A DNA stretch of 64,000 nucleotides from Paraspadella gotoi (Eukaryota; Animalia; Chaetognatha), in NCBI GenBank assembly GCA_051294375.1, contig CM119270.1, positions 4,084,301 to 4,148,300 of the forward strand, read 5' to 3'. Position numbers and translations under genes: made by a program. Shown one piece after another: positions 39,499 to 49,877 of this stretch (positions are counted from its first letter, which is position 1; each line of letters starts with the position of its first letter). Under the pieces are notes generated by a model that was given only the letters and a program-made list of their open reading frames with translations, searched no databases and had not been told where the DNA came from.

Positions 39499-41778
39499 TG
39501 ACCTTTTCTCCTTATATTGTGAAGTTTCTCTCTCTCTCTCTCTCTCATTGTTAAAAAAGCCAAGAACTAAAACCGCGTTATTGTTATCAACTACATTTTT
39601 TAATATCGTTGTATCTTCTACAAGTCGTCCCCTACTTTTTTATTACAATATCGTCCTTTTATTATTGTAAATATTTAATAGTAAGCACTAAGCAGTAGGT
39701 CTGTCTAAAGAGAGAGGGAAAATGTGAGAGTGAATATATTTTTGAAAAGGAAAATCTAATCCCCGAAATCCCGCGAGCTCGACGGAGAAGAAGACGAGGA
39801 AAGGGGAGGACGACGAAACCCCTCCTGCTCATCGACAGTGCCTAAAGAGGCGGAGCTATTCGCCATTTATTCCATACATTAGCAGAAGTTTTTGCGTGAT
39901 AAGTAACGCGCGCTCTGCAAATGTGAAAAATCTACAGGCTGGAACTAAAGGCCTCTGGGTTTTGAAGAGCGCGTGCTATCATCGACGCCCACCCTGCCGC
40001 TTGGTCCCGCATGAGGGGTAGAGTAGAAATTACCGAAACCAAAATTTATATATATATATATATATGCTAATAAATGAAAATATCATAACGGGCTTACTTG
40101 AGCAAATATATGAACCATGAATATTTACGCAGACGTCACTCTGGTTGCAAGGTGATAATAAACATTCGTCAATATCTGTAAGAAAATATATTAACATAGT
40201 TTAACTTCGGCACATGCTCTCTTTACGTACTATATATATATATACACAGAAAAATAATATATGTATATATTTAAGATAATGACTTAAAATTGTTGTCTTA
40301 TGTCGGATTATAGTAATAATTCTTTTATTACTTTGATATAAAAAAAATCTTTATTAAATCACGAAAATTTCTATCTTTTGGTTGGTTTGGTTTCAAATTA
40401 ATTAGAGAAAACAAAGTGTTTTCGAATTTATGACAACGATTTATTTTAATAGACGGACATGTTTCGACTCTTTGGGTTCGAGTCTTCTTCAGCAGTTTCA
40501 AATTAAAATATAAATATTGTGTTAATTTCCTTTCGTTTCGTAGATTTAGAGAAAAACAAAGTTTATTTGTTTATTTACAACGATTTTTTATTTCACATAG
40601 GGATATGTTTCGGCTTTATGTATAAGCGCTGATGAAGGCTTATACATAAAGCCGAAACATGGCCCTATGTGAAATAAAAAATCGTTGTAAATAAACAAAT
40701 AAACTTTGTTTTTCTCTAAATATAAATATTGAAAACGAAATTTATACTATTTAGTTTCAATAAAAATGACGGTCCCGATTAAAATGCATTTACTAATTTA
40801 ATTTAAAACAAGTTTGAGCAAACAATGCCTGATCTGCCCACGATAATTAATTCATTACGTAATTAATTAATTAATATTAATTTTGTTTGTGTCAAAATCG
40901 TTTTCCACTTTGTCTCGCCTCTTAATCACAAAACAACAATTTCGATCACAAAATTAATTAATTAATTAATTAATTAATTAATTAATTAATTTTGTATGTG
41001 GGTAGGAAAGTGTTTGATTGAACAGGGAATACAGTTTCGATGGAATCGTCCAAGTGGAAATGAGTTAAAATGTAAAAAATAAACAATCTATTTCACTATT
41101 TCATTATGCTTTGTCTATTTTTATATTATATGTAAATTCAAGCTGAATTAATTAATTAATTAATTAAATAATTAATTAATTAATTAATTCATTACAAAGA
41201 ATTAATTTATTAATAATTAATTAATGCAGCTTGAATTTACATATAATATAAAAATAAACGCAACGAAATTGATAGTTTATACACAATGCATAATTTATCA
41301 TAATTCGATGTTCTGACATGATATAAGTGATGCCCGACAATATTGGGGGGGGCGGACCGACGGACCGACAAAGTGAATTATAGAGCCGGAATCTGCTGAA
41401 AGCAGATCCGGCTAAAAATTTTCAGCCGTATATCCCGTTTTTTAATAATTCTGAAGGTTTACCTATATCACAATTGTTTCCCGTCCATCCATAGTGACAG
41501 TAGGTACCTGAAAAATTATTTTTATATTTTATTTTAGTATTATTGAAATTCGAATTAGGTATTATCATTATTTAAAACCTGTATTGCGGTATTGTTAAAA
41601 TGCTGTTTAAAACTTTGTTAGTTTAAATGTTTTTTTTTATTTTATATTCACCATTTCCGGGGTATGAAGTTGGGTATATGTATGGACTCGTATATGGACT
41701 CGTATACGGAGTCGCAGTTACTGCGTGGGCGCAGTAAATAATTGCAAAGAATGCCAAAGGAAAAAGAAGAGTCTTCAT
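32145..41778 (-). CDS. 13-exon gene for a uromodulin-like mosaic ZP-domain membrane protein (SP-EGFn-CTLD-EGF2-vWA-ZP-CCP-cbEGF-SEA-cbEGF-TM), ~1321 aa
   Basis: Manually spliced exons, all with AG/GT boundaries and matching phases: 41778-41652, 41507-41463, 40175-40098, 39130-39014, 38864-38787, 37806-37690, 37138-37025, 36394-36314, 36054-35918, 35838-35535, 35113-35003, 34919-34809, 34690-32145. Sum is 3966 nt = 1321 aa + stop. Domains recognised from Cys spacing and motifs. Additional missed exons cannot be excluded. Confidence 0.88.
34809..34919 (-). CDS. exon 12: EGF
   Basis: tgcag|..VDTCASSPCKNGGTCQDVGGSFNCSCERQWTGPTCQ..|GTTTGA; 111 nt. Confidence 0.9.
35003..35113 (-). CDS. exon 11: EGF (missed by the ORF-track frame)
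   Basis: atcag|..ARGCDNYCKNGGTCSNSTGYLQCNCSNGWTGHYCEI..|GTAAGT; 111 nt. Confidence 0.88.
35181..35320. mobile_element. Penelope-like remnant with hammerhead motif in intron 10
   Basis: Minus strand CTGATGA-A-GGCTCT-aagtgaa-AGAGCC-GAAACATCTC (35270-35234); short inverted arm ttaggagaaaaac/gtttttctcctaa; tail acaacgaaaaga; flanked by (ATT)n on both sides. Confidence 0.75.
35535..35838 (-). CDS. exon 10: C-type lectin domain, C-part
   Basis: aacag|GSDLVAIETPEEN..HWITGG..LRWIS..MTYKNF..WGNYQCCPENFICE..|GTAATT. Confidence 0.9.
35918..36054 (-). CDS. exon 9: C-type lectin domain, N-part
   Basis: ttcag|..SCEQF..SSCYLYGKRKVHYWDARQICLDL|GTAATT; the CTLD CY..W..A..C motif is present. Confidence 0.88.
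36314..36394 (-). CDS. exon 8: truncated (4-Cys) cbEGF
   Basis: tacag|DVNECNFLSPCPSGMSCINTPGSYACV..|GTAAGT; 81 nt. Confidence 0.87.
   Translation of the reverse strand: MSMNAIFCHHAQVGCHVSTLQDHMRA
37025..37138 (-). CDS. exon 7: cbEGF
   Basis: aacag|DINECQWNVCLNGGTCQNTLGSFTCSCKPGWEGPSCLL..|GTTGGA; 114 nt. Confidence 0.9.
37690..37806 (-). CDS. exon 6: EGF
   Basis: ttag|..KGCAGYHCQNVFSCKDVAPQGNFSCDCNLGWTGKICEQ..|GTAAGA; 117 nt. Confidence 0.88.
38787..38864 (-). CDS. exon 5: truncated (4-Cys) cbEGF
   Basis: tatag|DVDECLSSPCAHGTVCINTIGSYICS..|GTAAGT; 78 nt. Confidence 0.88.
39014..39130 (-). CDS. exon 4: EGF
   Basis: ttttag|..NGCANNPCKNGYSCWNTSPPGNFTCFCNKGYWGRVCER..|GTATGT; 117 nt. Confidence 0.88.
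39283..39350 (-). mobile_element. HINE-like 5' terminus (second family)
   Basis: Minus strand tttttagttgcgacgcgagtactcgcggagcaa..gatcggtcggt with a terminal hairpin; shares the gcaactaaaaa end with the 53640-53720 element. Confidence 0.45.
40098..40175 (-). CDS. exon 3: truncated (4-Cys) cbEGF
   Basis: tacag|DIDECLLSPCNQSDVCVNIHGSYICS..|GTAAGC; 78 nt. Confidence 0.87.
40402..40494 (-). mobile_element. Penelope-like pLTR remnant with minimal hammerhead ribozyme
   Basis: Minus strand CTGAAGA-A-GACTC-gaacccaaa-GAGTC-GAAACATGTC (40492-40456); 12-bp TSD gtttcaaattaa at 40390-40401 and 40495-40506. Confidence 0.8.
40520..40717. mobile_element. Penelope-like inverted-pLTR remnant with hammerhead motif
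   Basis: ~83-bp near-perfect inverted arms; + strand CTGATGA-A-GGCTT-atacata-AAGCC-GAAACATGGC (40629-40663); 14-bp TSD aaatataaatattg at 40506-40519 and 40718-40731. Confidence 0.8.
40811..41418 (-). mobile_element. Helentron-associated non-autonomous element (HINE/DINE-1-like), copy A
   Basis: 5' end tttttagccggatctgctttcagcagattccggctctata (hairpin) then gtcggtccgtcggtccg; 3' end gcagatc..tgctcaaactt; homologous in inverted orientation to 42600-43560. Confidence 0.6.
41463..41507 (-). CDS. exon 2: isolated EGF C5-C6 loop
   Basis: tttcag|..TYCHYGWTGNNCDI..G|GTAAAC; 45 nt, phase 1-1. Confidence 0.8.
   Translation of the reverse strand, partial: VPTVTMDGRETIVI
41652..41778 (-). CDS. exon 1: signal peptide plus short Pro/Tyr/Thr/Ser repeat
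   Basis: MKTLLFPLAFFAIIYCAHA-VTATPYTSPYTSPYIYPTSYPGN; donor G|GTGAAT; phase 1. Confidence 0.82.
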
Positions 41779-42599
41779 TTTTAATAAATTCTAAAAGAAA
41801 TTATTTCGATTAAAACTTAATAAGGAAACCTCTAAAACAATGCATGTATGCCAACAGCCAAATTTGATGAAAATTATCTCTCTCTCTCTTTCTCTCACTC
41901 ATTCGCTCTCGCTCTCTCTCTCGCTCTCTNNNNNNNNNNNNNNNNNNNNNNNNNNNNNNNNNNNNNNNNNNNNNNNNNNNNNNNNNNNNNNNNNNNNNNN
42001 NNNNNNNNNNNNNNNNNNNNNNNNNNNNNNNNNNNNNNNNNNNNNNNNNNNNNNNNNNNNNNNNNNNNNNNNNNNNNNNNNNNNNNNNNNNNNNNNNNNN
42101 NNNNNNNNNNNNNNNNNNNNNNNNNNNNNNNNNNNNNNNNNNNNNNNNNNNNNNNNNNNNNNNNNNNNNNNNNNNNNNNNNNNNNNNNNNNNNNNNNNNN
42201 NNNNNNNNNNNNNNNNNNNNNNNNNNNNNNNNNNNNNNNNNNNNNNNNNNNNNNNNNNNNNNNNNNNNNNNNNNNNNNNNNNNNNNNNNNNNNNNNNNNN
42301 NNNNNNNNNNNNNNNNNNNNNNNNNNNNNNNNNNNNNNNNNNNNNNNNNNNNNNNNNNNNNNNNNNNNNNNNNNNNNNNNNNNNNNNNNNNNNNNNNNNN
42401 NNNNNNNNNNNNNNNNNNNNNNNNNNNNNNNNNNNNNNNNNNNNNNNNNNNNNNNNNNNNNNNNNNNNNNNNNNNNNNNNNNNNNNNNNNNNNNNNNNNN
42501 NNNNNNNNNNNNNNNNNNNNNNNNNNNNNNNNNNNNNNNNNNNNNNNNNNNNNNNNNNNNNNNNNNNNNNNNNNNNNNNNNNNNNNNNNNNNNNTTATT

Positions 42600-42764
42600 C
42601 TTTTTAGTCAGATCTGCTTTCAGTAGATCCCGACTCTATAATTTCACTTTGTCGTCCGTCGGTCCGCCCCTCAATCTTGTCGGGCATTCATATATATCAT
42701 GTCAGAATATAAGAATTATGATAAATTATGCAAAAAAAAATTATGTCTGTCCACTCTGTCTGTT

Positions 42765-42802
<38 letters not shown>

Positions 42803-43560
42803 CCACCTTAGCAAAAAAACTCAAATTACTCATGATTGGATGGATGGATCTGAATTAAATTTTGTGTGTGGGTAGGAAGTGTTGTGATGGAGTGATATAA
42901 AGTTTAGATGGAATCGTTCAAGTGGAAATAAGTTTAAATGAGAAAAAAATAAAAATATCTATTTCACTATTTGAATGCCAATTACTCATAAGTGGATGAG
43001 GCGATTGACTTGAAATTTTGGTATGTGGGTAGGAAAGTGTGAGAATAAGCTGGAAATTAAGTTTCGATGGAATCGTCTGAGTGGAAATGAGTTTAAATGG
43101 AAAAACAAAAAACCTGTTTCACTAATTGATAATGCTTCTTTTTATTTTTATATTAAATTTAAATGCAAGATGTATTCATTAATCAAATAATTAATCAGTT
43201 AATTAATCAATTAATTAATAAATAATTAATTAATAAGTCAATTAATAAATCAATTAATTATTCAATAAATCAATTTATTTAGTTATCTATTAATTAGTTA
43301 TCGCATCAGATCGAATTTATTTATAAATTAATTATATTTATAATTAATAATCAATCAAGTCAATCTTTATCGGCTATTGTCGTCAACGCTAGCATCGTCG
43401 TCGTTTGCTTTTGTCGTGGTCAAAAAAAACCATTTTTGATCAAATTAATTAATTATATTATTTTAAATTATTATTTTTAGTTTATATAGTTTGTATTAAT
43501 TAATTAATTAGTATTACCGCTAATGATCGTGGCCAGATCCGACATGTGTGCTCAAACTTA
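42600..43560 (+). mobile_element. HINE/DINE-1-like element, copy B
   Basis: tttttagtcagatctgctttcagtagatcccgactctata start, (GTCT)n microsatellite 42755-42800, internal ~160-bp tandem units, 3' ccagatccgacatgtgtgctcaaactt. Confidence 0.62.
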
Positions 43561-43628
43561 ATTCTCAAATATTAATTTCTTCTCTCTTTTTTTATTTTTC
43601 TTTCAATCACTTGATATGACAATTGACT

Positions 43629-43818
43629 GATTAGAAAAGGTTGGAAATTGATTTCAAAAACGATTTTTTTATAGTCAGTAGAGAGACGGACATTTTTCGG
43701 CTTAATACAAGCGCTTCATCATGTCCATCTCTCTATTGAAATAAAAAAATGTTGTGTGAAAATCAATTTTCAAACTTTTCAATCACATCAACACAACGAA
43801 AAGAAGGAATACGTCACA
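43629..43818. mobile_element. Penelope-like inverted-pLTR remnant with degenerate hammerhead
   Basis: Inverted arms of ~65 bp; minus strand (a)TGATGA-A-GCGCTT-gtatt-AAGCC-GAAAAATGTC; tail acaacgaaaaga; 13-bp TSD atgacaattgact at 43616-43628 and 43819-43831. Confidence 0.72.
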
Positions 43819-45399
43819 ATGACAATTGACTTGTATTTTTTCACACATTAAAAGTGGAGTTGTCTATAAAACCAAAAATCTTGAAAAATATTTTCTTTTA
43901 ATGAAGCGATTAATGATTTTCAAAGGAATTTTTCAAAATTTTAAAGACTAAGTCTGTGAAAAGAATTCAATTCTTAAACCGGTTTGAAGCCCCAGACTGG
44001 CTGCTTTATTATTAATCTGAAAAAGGTTTTAAAGTAATTTTAAAAATTGAATATTTCCAAAATAATAGTCAAGATCAGTTGAGATCAGATTTATTAGAAG
44101 TTGAATTTGGTAAACAGTCAATTAATGTAAGTATTATCAGTATTGCATAGAAGATATGTAGAACCACTATAAATTGATCATGCTCTTTTTAAATTGATCG
44201 GCGATATTAAATTGGAGCGACATTAAGCTAGTTGTTTTAGTAGTATTATCTCTAAAATGATTAAATAGTTTAATATTATAAGGTTACCCTTTAGATAAGT
44301 GGGAAATATTTTTCATAAATCTGAGGGTTAGGGAATAAGGAATAAGGAATAAAGGAATTAGCTGAGCGTTGGGGATTATGGTTAGAATTAGTATTGTTAG
44401 AATTAGGAATAAGGAATACAAATGGGGCACACTTTTTAAATAAATATTTAATTATCGCCTTACACTTTTATCTCATTTAAGTGACGAACAGATCAATTTT
44501 GATACCAATCAAAGTTCATAGGTTTAGACCCAAAGAAGACAACTAGCGAAGAGAAAGTTGTCTTTTTACAATTTACATCATGGCTTTAGTGAGAAAGAGA
44601 GAGAAAAAGGAGGGAGAGAGAAAGTGTGTATTCACAATACCTAGTAATAAACCTGGCGATAGGCTAAGAAACTGTGTTTACTGACCGTTTACTCGTGGGT
44701 TCTTACACTTTTTTACGCCTGAAACAGTACGAAACTCTTCGTCCTGGAAGGCTAACCCATTTTCCATAATCTTCTTCCTCGCTCATTAACGTTAAAAATT
44801 TAAAAAAAGACAATGACTGGGTTTTTGAATTGACTCGAATAACTCGATTGACGGGTTGTCAAGGTTTTTCAGGCAGGGAAGGCGTCAAGAGTTTTTCTGG
44901 AATGAGTGCTTTTTTGAATGTGTATAGTAGAGCGTAGTGACAGTTACGAACAAAAATTCTAAAAGTCAATTATGAACAACATACCATCAGTGAACCTTAA
45001 GTTTTCGCAGTAAGCTATATTTATATATAGTGTTATCCCTGTAAAATAGGCTTTTCTTAATTTTTATTACAGATTTAAATTCCTCGTCAAAAGTTGATAA
45101 AAGAAAATATAAATCATTTTTAAAAATTCTTTCATTATGTGGGTTAAAAATAAAAAAAACTATATTTAACATATAAAATTCTAATTTTCAGCTTATAATA
45201 TAGGTTTTTCTGGTATTTGACCAACTTAATGAAAGAATTTTTAAAAAAGAGTTATATTTCTTTATATCAACTTTTCATGACGAATCCCAATCTGCAAAAA
45301 AATCTTACAAAAAACTATTCTAAAATGTTAACATTTATAGGATTAGTACTATGTATAAATATGGCCTCCTGCGTAAATTGTAAAATTTATATTAAAATT

Positions 45400-45778
45400 A
45401 TTTTATACATAAATGTTCATGAGTATATTGTTGTTCGTTTCTCACTTTTAGAATTTTAATTTAAGTTAAATTTAGAATTTTTACTACGCTTTAGTGTGTA
45501 GAGTAATTTATTTTTTTAAGGGAGTGGTCCTTTAACACATTTGAAACATACTTTGAAATATTATATCACTTCATTGATCGGGAAGCCANNNNNNNNNNTT
45601 AACATTATTTTATACATAAATATTCATGAGTATATTGTTGTTCGTTTCTCACTTTTAGAATTTTAATTTAAGTTAAATTTAGAATTTTTACTACGCTTTA
45701 GTGTGTATAGTAATTTATTTTTTTAACACATTTGAAACATACTTTGAAATATTTTACCACTTTATTGATCGGGAAGCC
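45400..45778 (+). repeat. ~190-bp direct duplication across a 10-N gap (possibly two haplotypes)
   Basis: attattttatacataaat..gatcgggaagcca occurs twice, differing by substitutions and one ~15-bp indel. Confidence 0.8.
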
Positions 45779-48133
45779 AGGCAAGCTGGGAATAAATAAA
45801 AGAGACTGAAAGATTTTAAGCTTGAAGGCTTGAAAGCTTGCATTTCATTTTACATTTCATTCATTATATTTTATATTGGCAAGAAATATCTATGGGAAGG
45901 AGAGAAAAAAAGGAGGCGGTCCATTTAATTTCCCCGCTGGTCAGAAGAGGTCAATCGGGACAGGTCAGGTCAGGTCAGGCAACTTACTATTTCTGCCTCT
46001 TGAACAAAAAGTCCATAGGAGAGAGATCGAGGGAGAAGAGAGACTCTGTCTAACTTTAATCCGCTAAAACTGGATTCGACTAGATTTTAGTTACGAAAAG
46101 AAAATTACAAAGAAAAATTAAAAGAAAGATAGAGAGAAGGAATAAGAAAGTTGATTGTGAGCGCGTGATTTTTATTAGCGGGAAAAGGTAAAAGAATTTT
46201 CAGAGACGCAATTAGTTTTTCTTCGGTTGGGGATTTGAAGAACTGGATCTAGAGTGTCGTATCGTGTGTAAGAGAGAGAAAGAGTAGAAAGAGAGAGAGT
46301 GAAAAGAGAGAGAGGAGAGAGAGAAAGAGAAGAGGAGAGGACTGAGAGAGAGTAGAGAAGAGAGAGAGAGAGAGAGGGAGAGTGGCGGGGTAGAGAGTGC
46401 TTCGTCAAAATTCCTATTTTATCTGCCCACATCATCGGGACTTCCAATGAAAACGGGTTTAACTTCATTTAAAATGCTTGATTAATAATTACTTATTCTC
46501 CGAATCGAAGCAGCGTGGGGTCACAGCGCCCTCCGGCAAGCTGAGGTAACGTTGGATAAGGTGAGGTCGATGATATCAGTCGACAAAAATAGAAAGTCGT
46601 TCCAGATCTGGAAGCGTTCTCTATCGGACTAAGAATGAATTAAATGAGCTGCATTTTTGTCAAAGGCGAAAAATACCCCATTACTGTAGGCCCAAAGTTC
46701 ACGCCCTGTTGCTTTTAAGCGTTTATTGAGAGAGAGGCATCCAGTAATCAGCTAAATGTAAGAATAATGGGAGAAATACGGAATGAAAATCGTGAAAATC
46801 AAAGAGTCCCGTGAGGAAGAGGACGAGGAATGGGGAGGAAGAAGATGCAGGAAGCGAAGCCCCTCCTCCTCATAGAATTTTAATCATTTCGATCTTATCA
46901 TTAACGAAATAGACTATAGATGGATGAAAAAAATTAATTTGTTACAAATTATTATTCTCATATGTTTCTCACACATGTTTAACATAAACATTCAAAATAT
47001 ATCTTTAAAAGATAGGATAAGCATTAAGCAACAATGAAGGATCACCATTTGGTGATGGCTCGCCTATACCTGGATATTGGGATTAAAGAGCCGAAATCAA
47101 TGAAGGGTAGAGGTTTCCAACTGATGACCTTCCCATCCTATAAACCTTTCCCAGTACTTTGTAGTATTATCCCTAGTGGTATATAAAAAGCCTCTTAGAT
47201 ATTATCAATTCTCATTAATCACTTTTTAACAGGAATGATGTATGATATCTATTAGAAATCTAGGACAGATTATACTCTAACCTTGTGTTGGATAGATGCT
47301 CCCTCTATTTCCAAAAGACAACACTGACCTCCCCCTCCCAAAAATTAATTATTAGATATAAAGATAAATAATTTTTTTGAAGAACCATATATATAATTAA
47401 ATAATATAGATTAAATCGTGAAGCCTTGAACATTATTATTATAAAATATAAAAAATAGAAAAAAGTGAAGCAAGTAATTTTGCAAATTTTCATAGTCAGG
47501 ACTCAGGAGGAATAAAACAAGAGCACGAAAGAAAAAATAATAAAATACACAGTTTACCCAGTTGTAATAATATATTTGAATCCTTAACGCAACAGTTGTC
47601 TTTAGTTCTTAGTACAAATAATTATTAAAAAAACGGTAGTTTTACAATTAAAAATTCAAGCCTTATGCAACTATGCATAGAAGTAATTTGAGATTGCAAA
47701 ATGTTCAGCATAATCAAGCAATCCGAAAATGACATAGCCTTCATTCACCTTATTAAAAGAAAAAAAAGTGTCACAAAACTGAAGGTATTAATGCAAGTGA
47801 CTAAACTAAATGAAACTATTTTTGTTAAAGATAAATACAAATATTTCAGGTGCAATTTTATAAGAATACTTCGATATGGATGTCATCTTAAGTCCTTTAC
47901 ACCGTTTGCTACTTTTTACATTTAATACAACAATCTCTTCTGTCGTAAAAACATCCATTCAAATATTAGAACATGAACATATAAAATTAAAATGAACAAA
48001 ATATCCAGACAACATTTTAAAACATTAAGTACAAAGTCGTATAAAGACGCCTATTTTAAGGGAATGAAGCTTGTAAAATACTGTCAAAAATGATTGAAAT
48101 CGACTACAAATTAATATTTTTCAATTCATTTTA

Positions 48134-49877
48134 TCAATATCTATTGTTATATACTTCATATGCTGGTTTATAAACTGGTTTAATAAAATCTTCATATCCT
48201 GGTTTAATAAAATCTTCATATCCTGATTCAGAAAGAGTTTCATACACTGGTTCTTCCATCGCATCATTCTGTTTGCCCTCAAAACTATTCATAGATTCGA
48301 TTTCACTCTTCTCACTTTTTGATTTTTTGAACCACACAACGGCTCCTACAATCGCTCCAATGATCACGACTCCTAAAATTCCTACTCCGATACTTATCCA
48401 AAGAAGAATATTATTTTCTTCGGCTTCTCTCTTTTCAAAACCGCATTCTTTTCCAGTTAAAAAACCTCCTGTCAGATCTTTGTAACCTTCCCAGCAACGG
48501 CACTCGAACGCGCCAATGGTATTCACGCAATCGGCGTAGATAGAGCAATCGTTGTCCTCTGGCTGAGCGCATTCGTTTTTGTCGGACAGCTGAACGGCAT
48601 CTGGATCCTTCGATAGTCCCAGGCTGGAGCCGTTGTACGTTTGAACGTTGCGCGCGAAAGTTCTCTGCAAGTTTTCGACTCTTGCTTCATCCAAGGGATC
48701 CTGATTTACAGAAAATATCGTGGTGATAAAATGTACCACGATGCTGCCCTGCGTAAAACCCGTGATTTTGATATCCGTCTCCACATCTGGGGCTAACTTC
48801 CTCGAAGCCTCTTTCAAAACGACCAGAGCTTTTCTTTCCAAATCTTGGTAAGACTCGGAATTAGGATCATTCAATTCCTCATTGAAATTCTCTTCAATTT
48901 TGACGGAACCCTCGAGCTTTAAACTTTTCTGGCAGATGTTCGGATCACTTGGCAACGGTTCCTCGCCATATGGGCAACCGCACTGTTCGCCATTGCATTC
49001 ATTTTTCTCTTTCCTCACAACTATCAAAGGTTCTATTGAATACTCCTGAACTATTGATCCTAGTTGATCGAGATGGCGCGTTGCTTGGCTTGTACTATTT
49101 TGACATCCTCGGCTGCATCTTGTATTTTGATTTCCACTGTAGCAAATGGCCATTTGACATTTCAGAAACACTTGGTCCAGAGCGTTTACTGAATTCAAAA
49201 TCTGAAATGAAAATCTCACTTTACTTTTTATTCCGTAGTTTGAATATGATTGGAATCGTTCCTGCTCCTGGCATCCGTTATCAATCAATTTGTAAGTCAT
49301 CTGATTGATTTCGTCGGGATTGTGTGTCACCGAGCAATTCAAAAGAAGAGTTTGCAAATTATGGTAAGAAATCACTTGTAACTCGACAAAGACAGTTTCA
49401 CCCTCGTAATAAATAAATGGTGCAGATAATTCGCTCACAAACTGAGAGGATTTATACATCAACGATTTGATTCTGAACATTTCATCGTCGATTCCCGTTT
49501 GGAACTGACTTGTTATATTTATCATCGAGCGGTACATACATCTAAGTCCCCAGTTGACTCTCGAAGCGTAATCTCTGATAATAATTGACTTTTTTGCACT
49601 AGTATCTTGGGATAGTTTTATGTAATTATTGAACGAAACGTAATCTTTAGTCGAGTTCATAATTGTTCCACACATGTTTTCGGTGATGTTGAGGTACCAA
49701 TAATTGGAAGTATTGTTTTTGTTCCCACTTAGTATCTGGGCTCCGTCAAAAAGTGAAAAAGAAGAACAAGAACCGACAGTAATAACTCGACTTTTTTGAA
49801 GTGATTTGTGAATAAACACTTCCATCACAGGAAACCCGCTCGGATCATTAGTACAAAGGACGTGTATGCCAATAATT
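48134..49877 (-). CDS. paralog 2, 3' part: ZP-(EGF remnant)-SEA-cbEGF-TM-multi-Tyr tail
   Basis: Open frame colinear with gene 1 from GIHVLCTNDPSGFPVMEVFIHKSLQ (vs GIKIFCTSNPIGFPQMEVFIGKSLQ); SEA QG/SIVVHF; DKNEC..NDCSIYADCVNTIGAFECRC; TM LLWISIGVGILGVVIIGAIVGAVVWF. The first ~85 aa of the ORF-track ORF are low-complexity and non-coding. Confidence 0.9.

Noticed and set aside
39770-46872. Similar purine-rich segments gaggaa.ggggagga..cccctcct.ctcat at ~39795 and ~46820
   Set aside because: Probably a dispersed repeat fragment, but too short and low-complexity to classify
47088-47145. Permuted hammerhead (ccGAAA...CTGATGA)
   Set aside because: No UH cleavage site closing stem III and no convincing stem II
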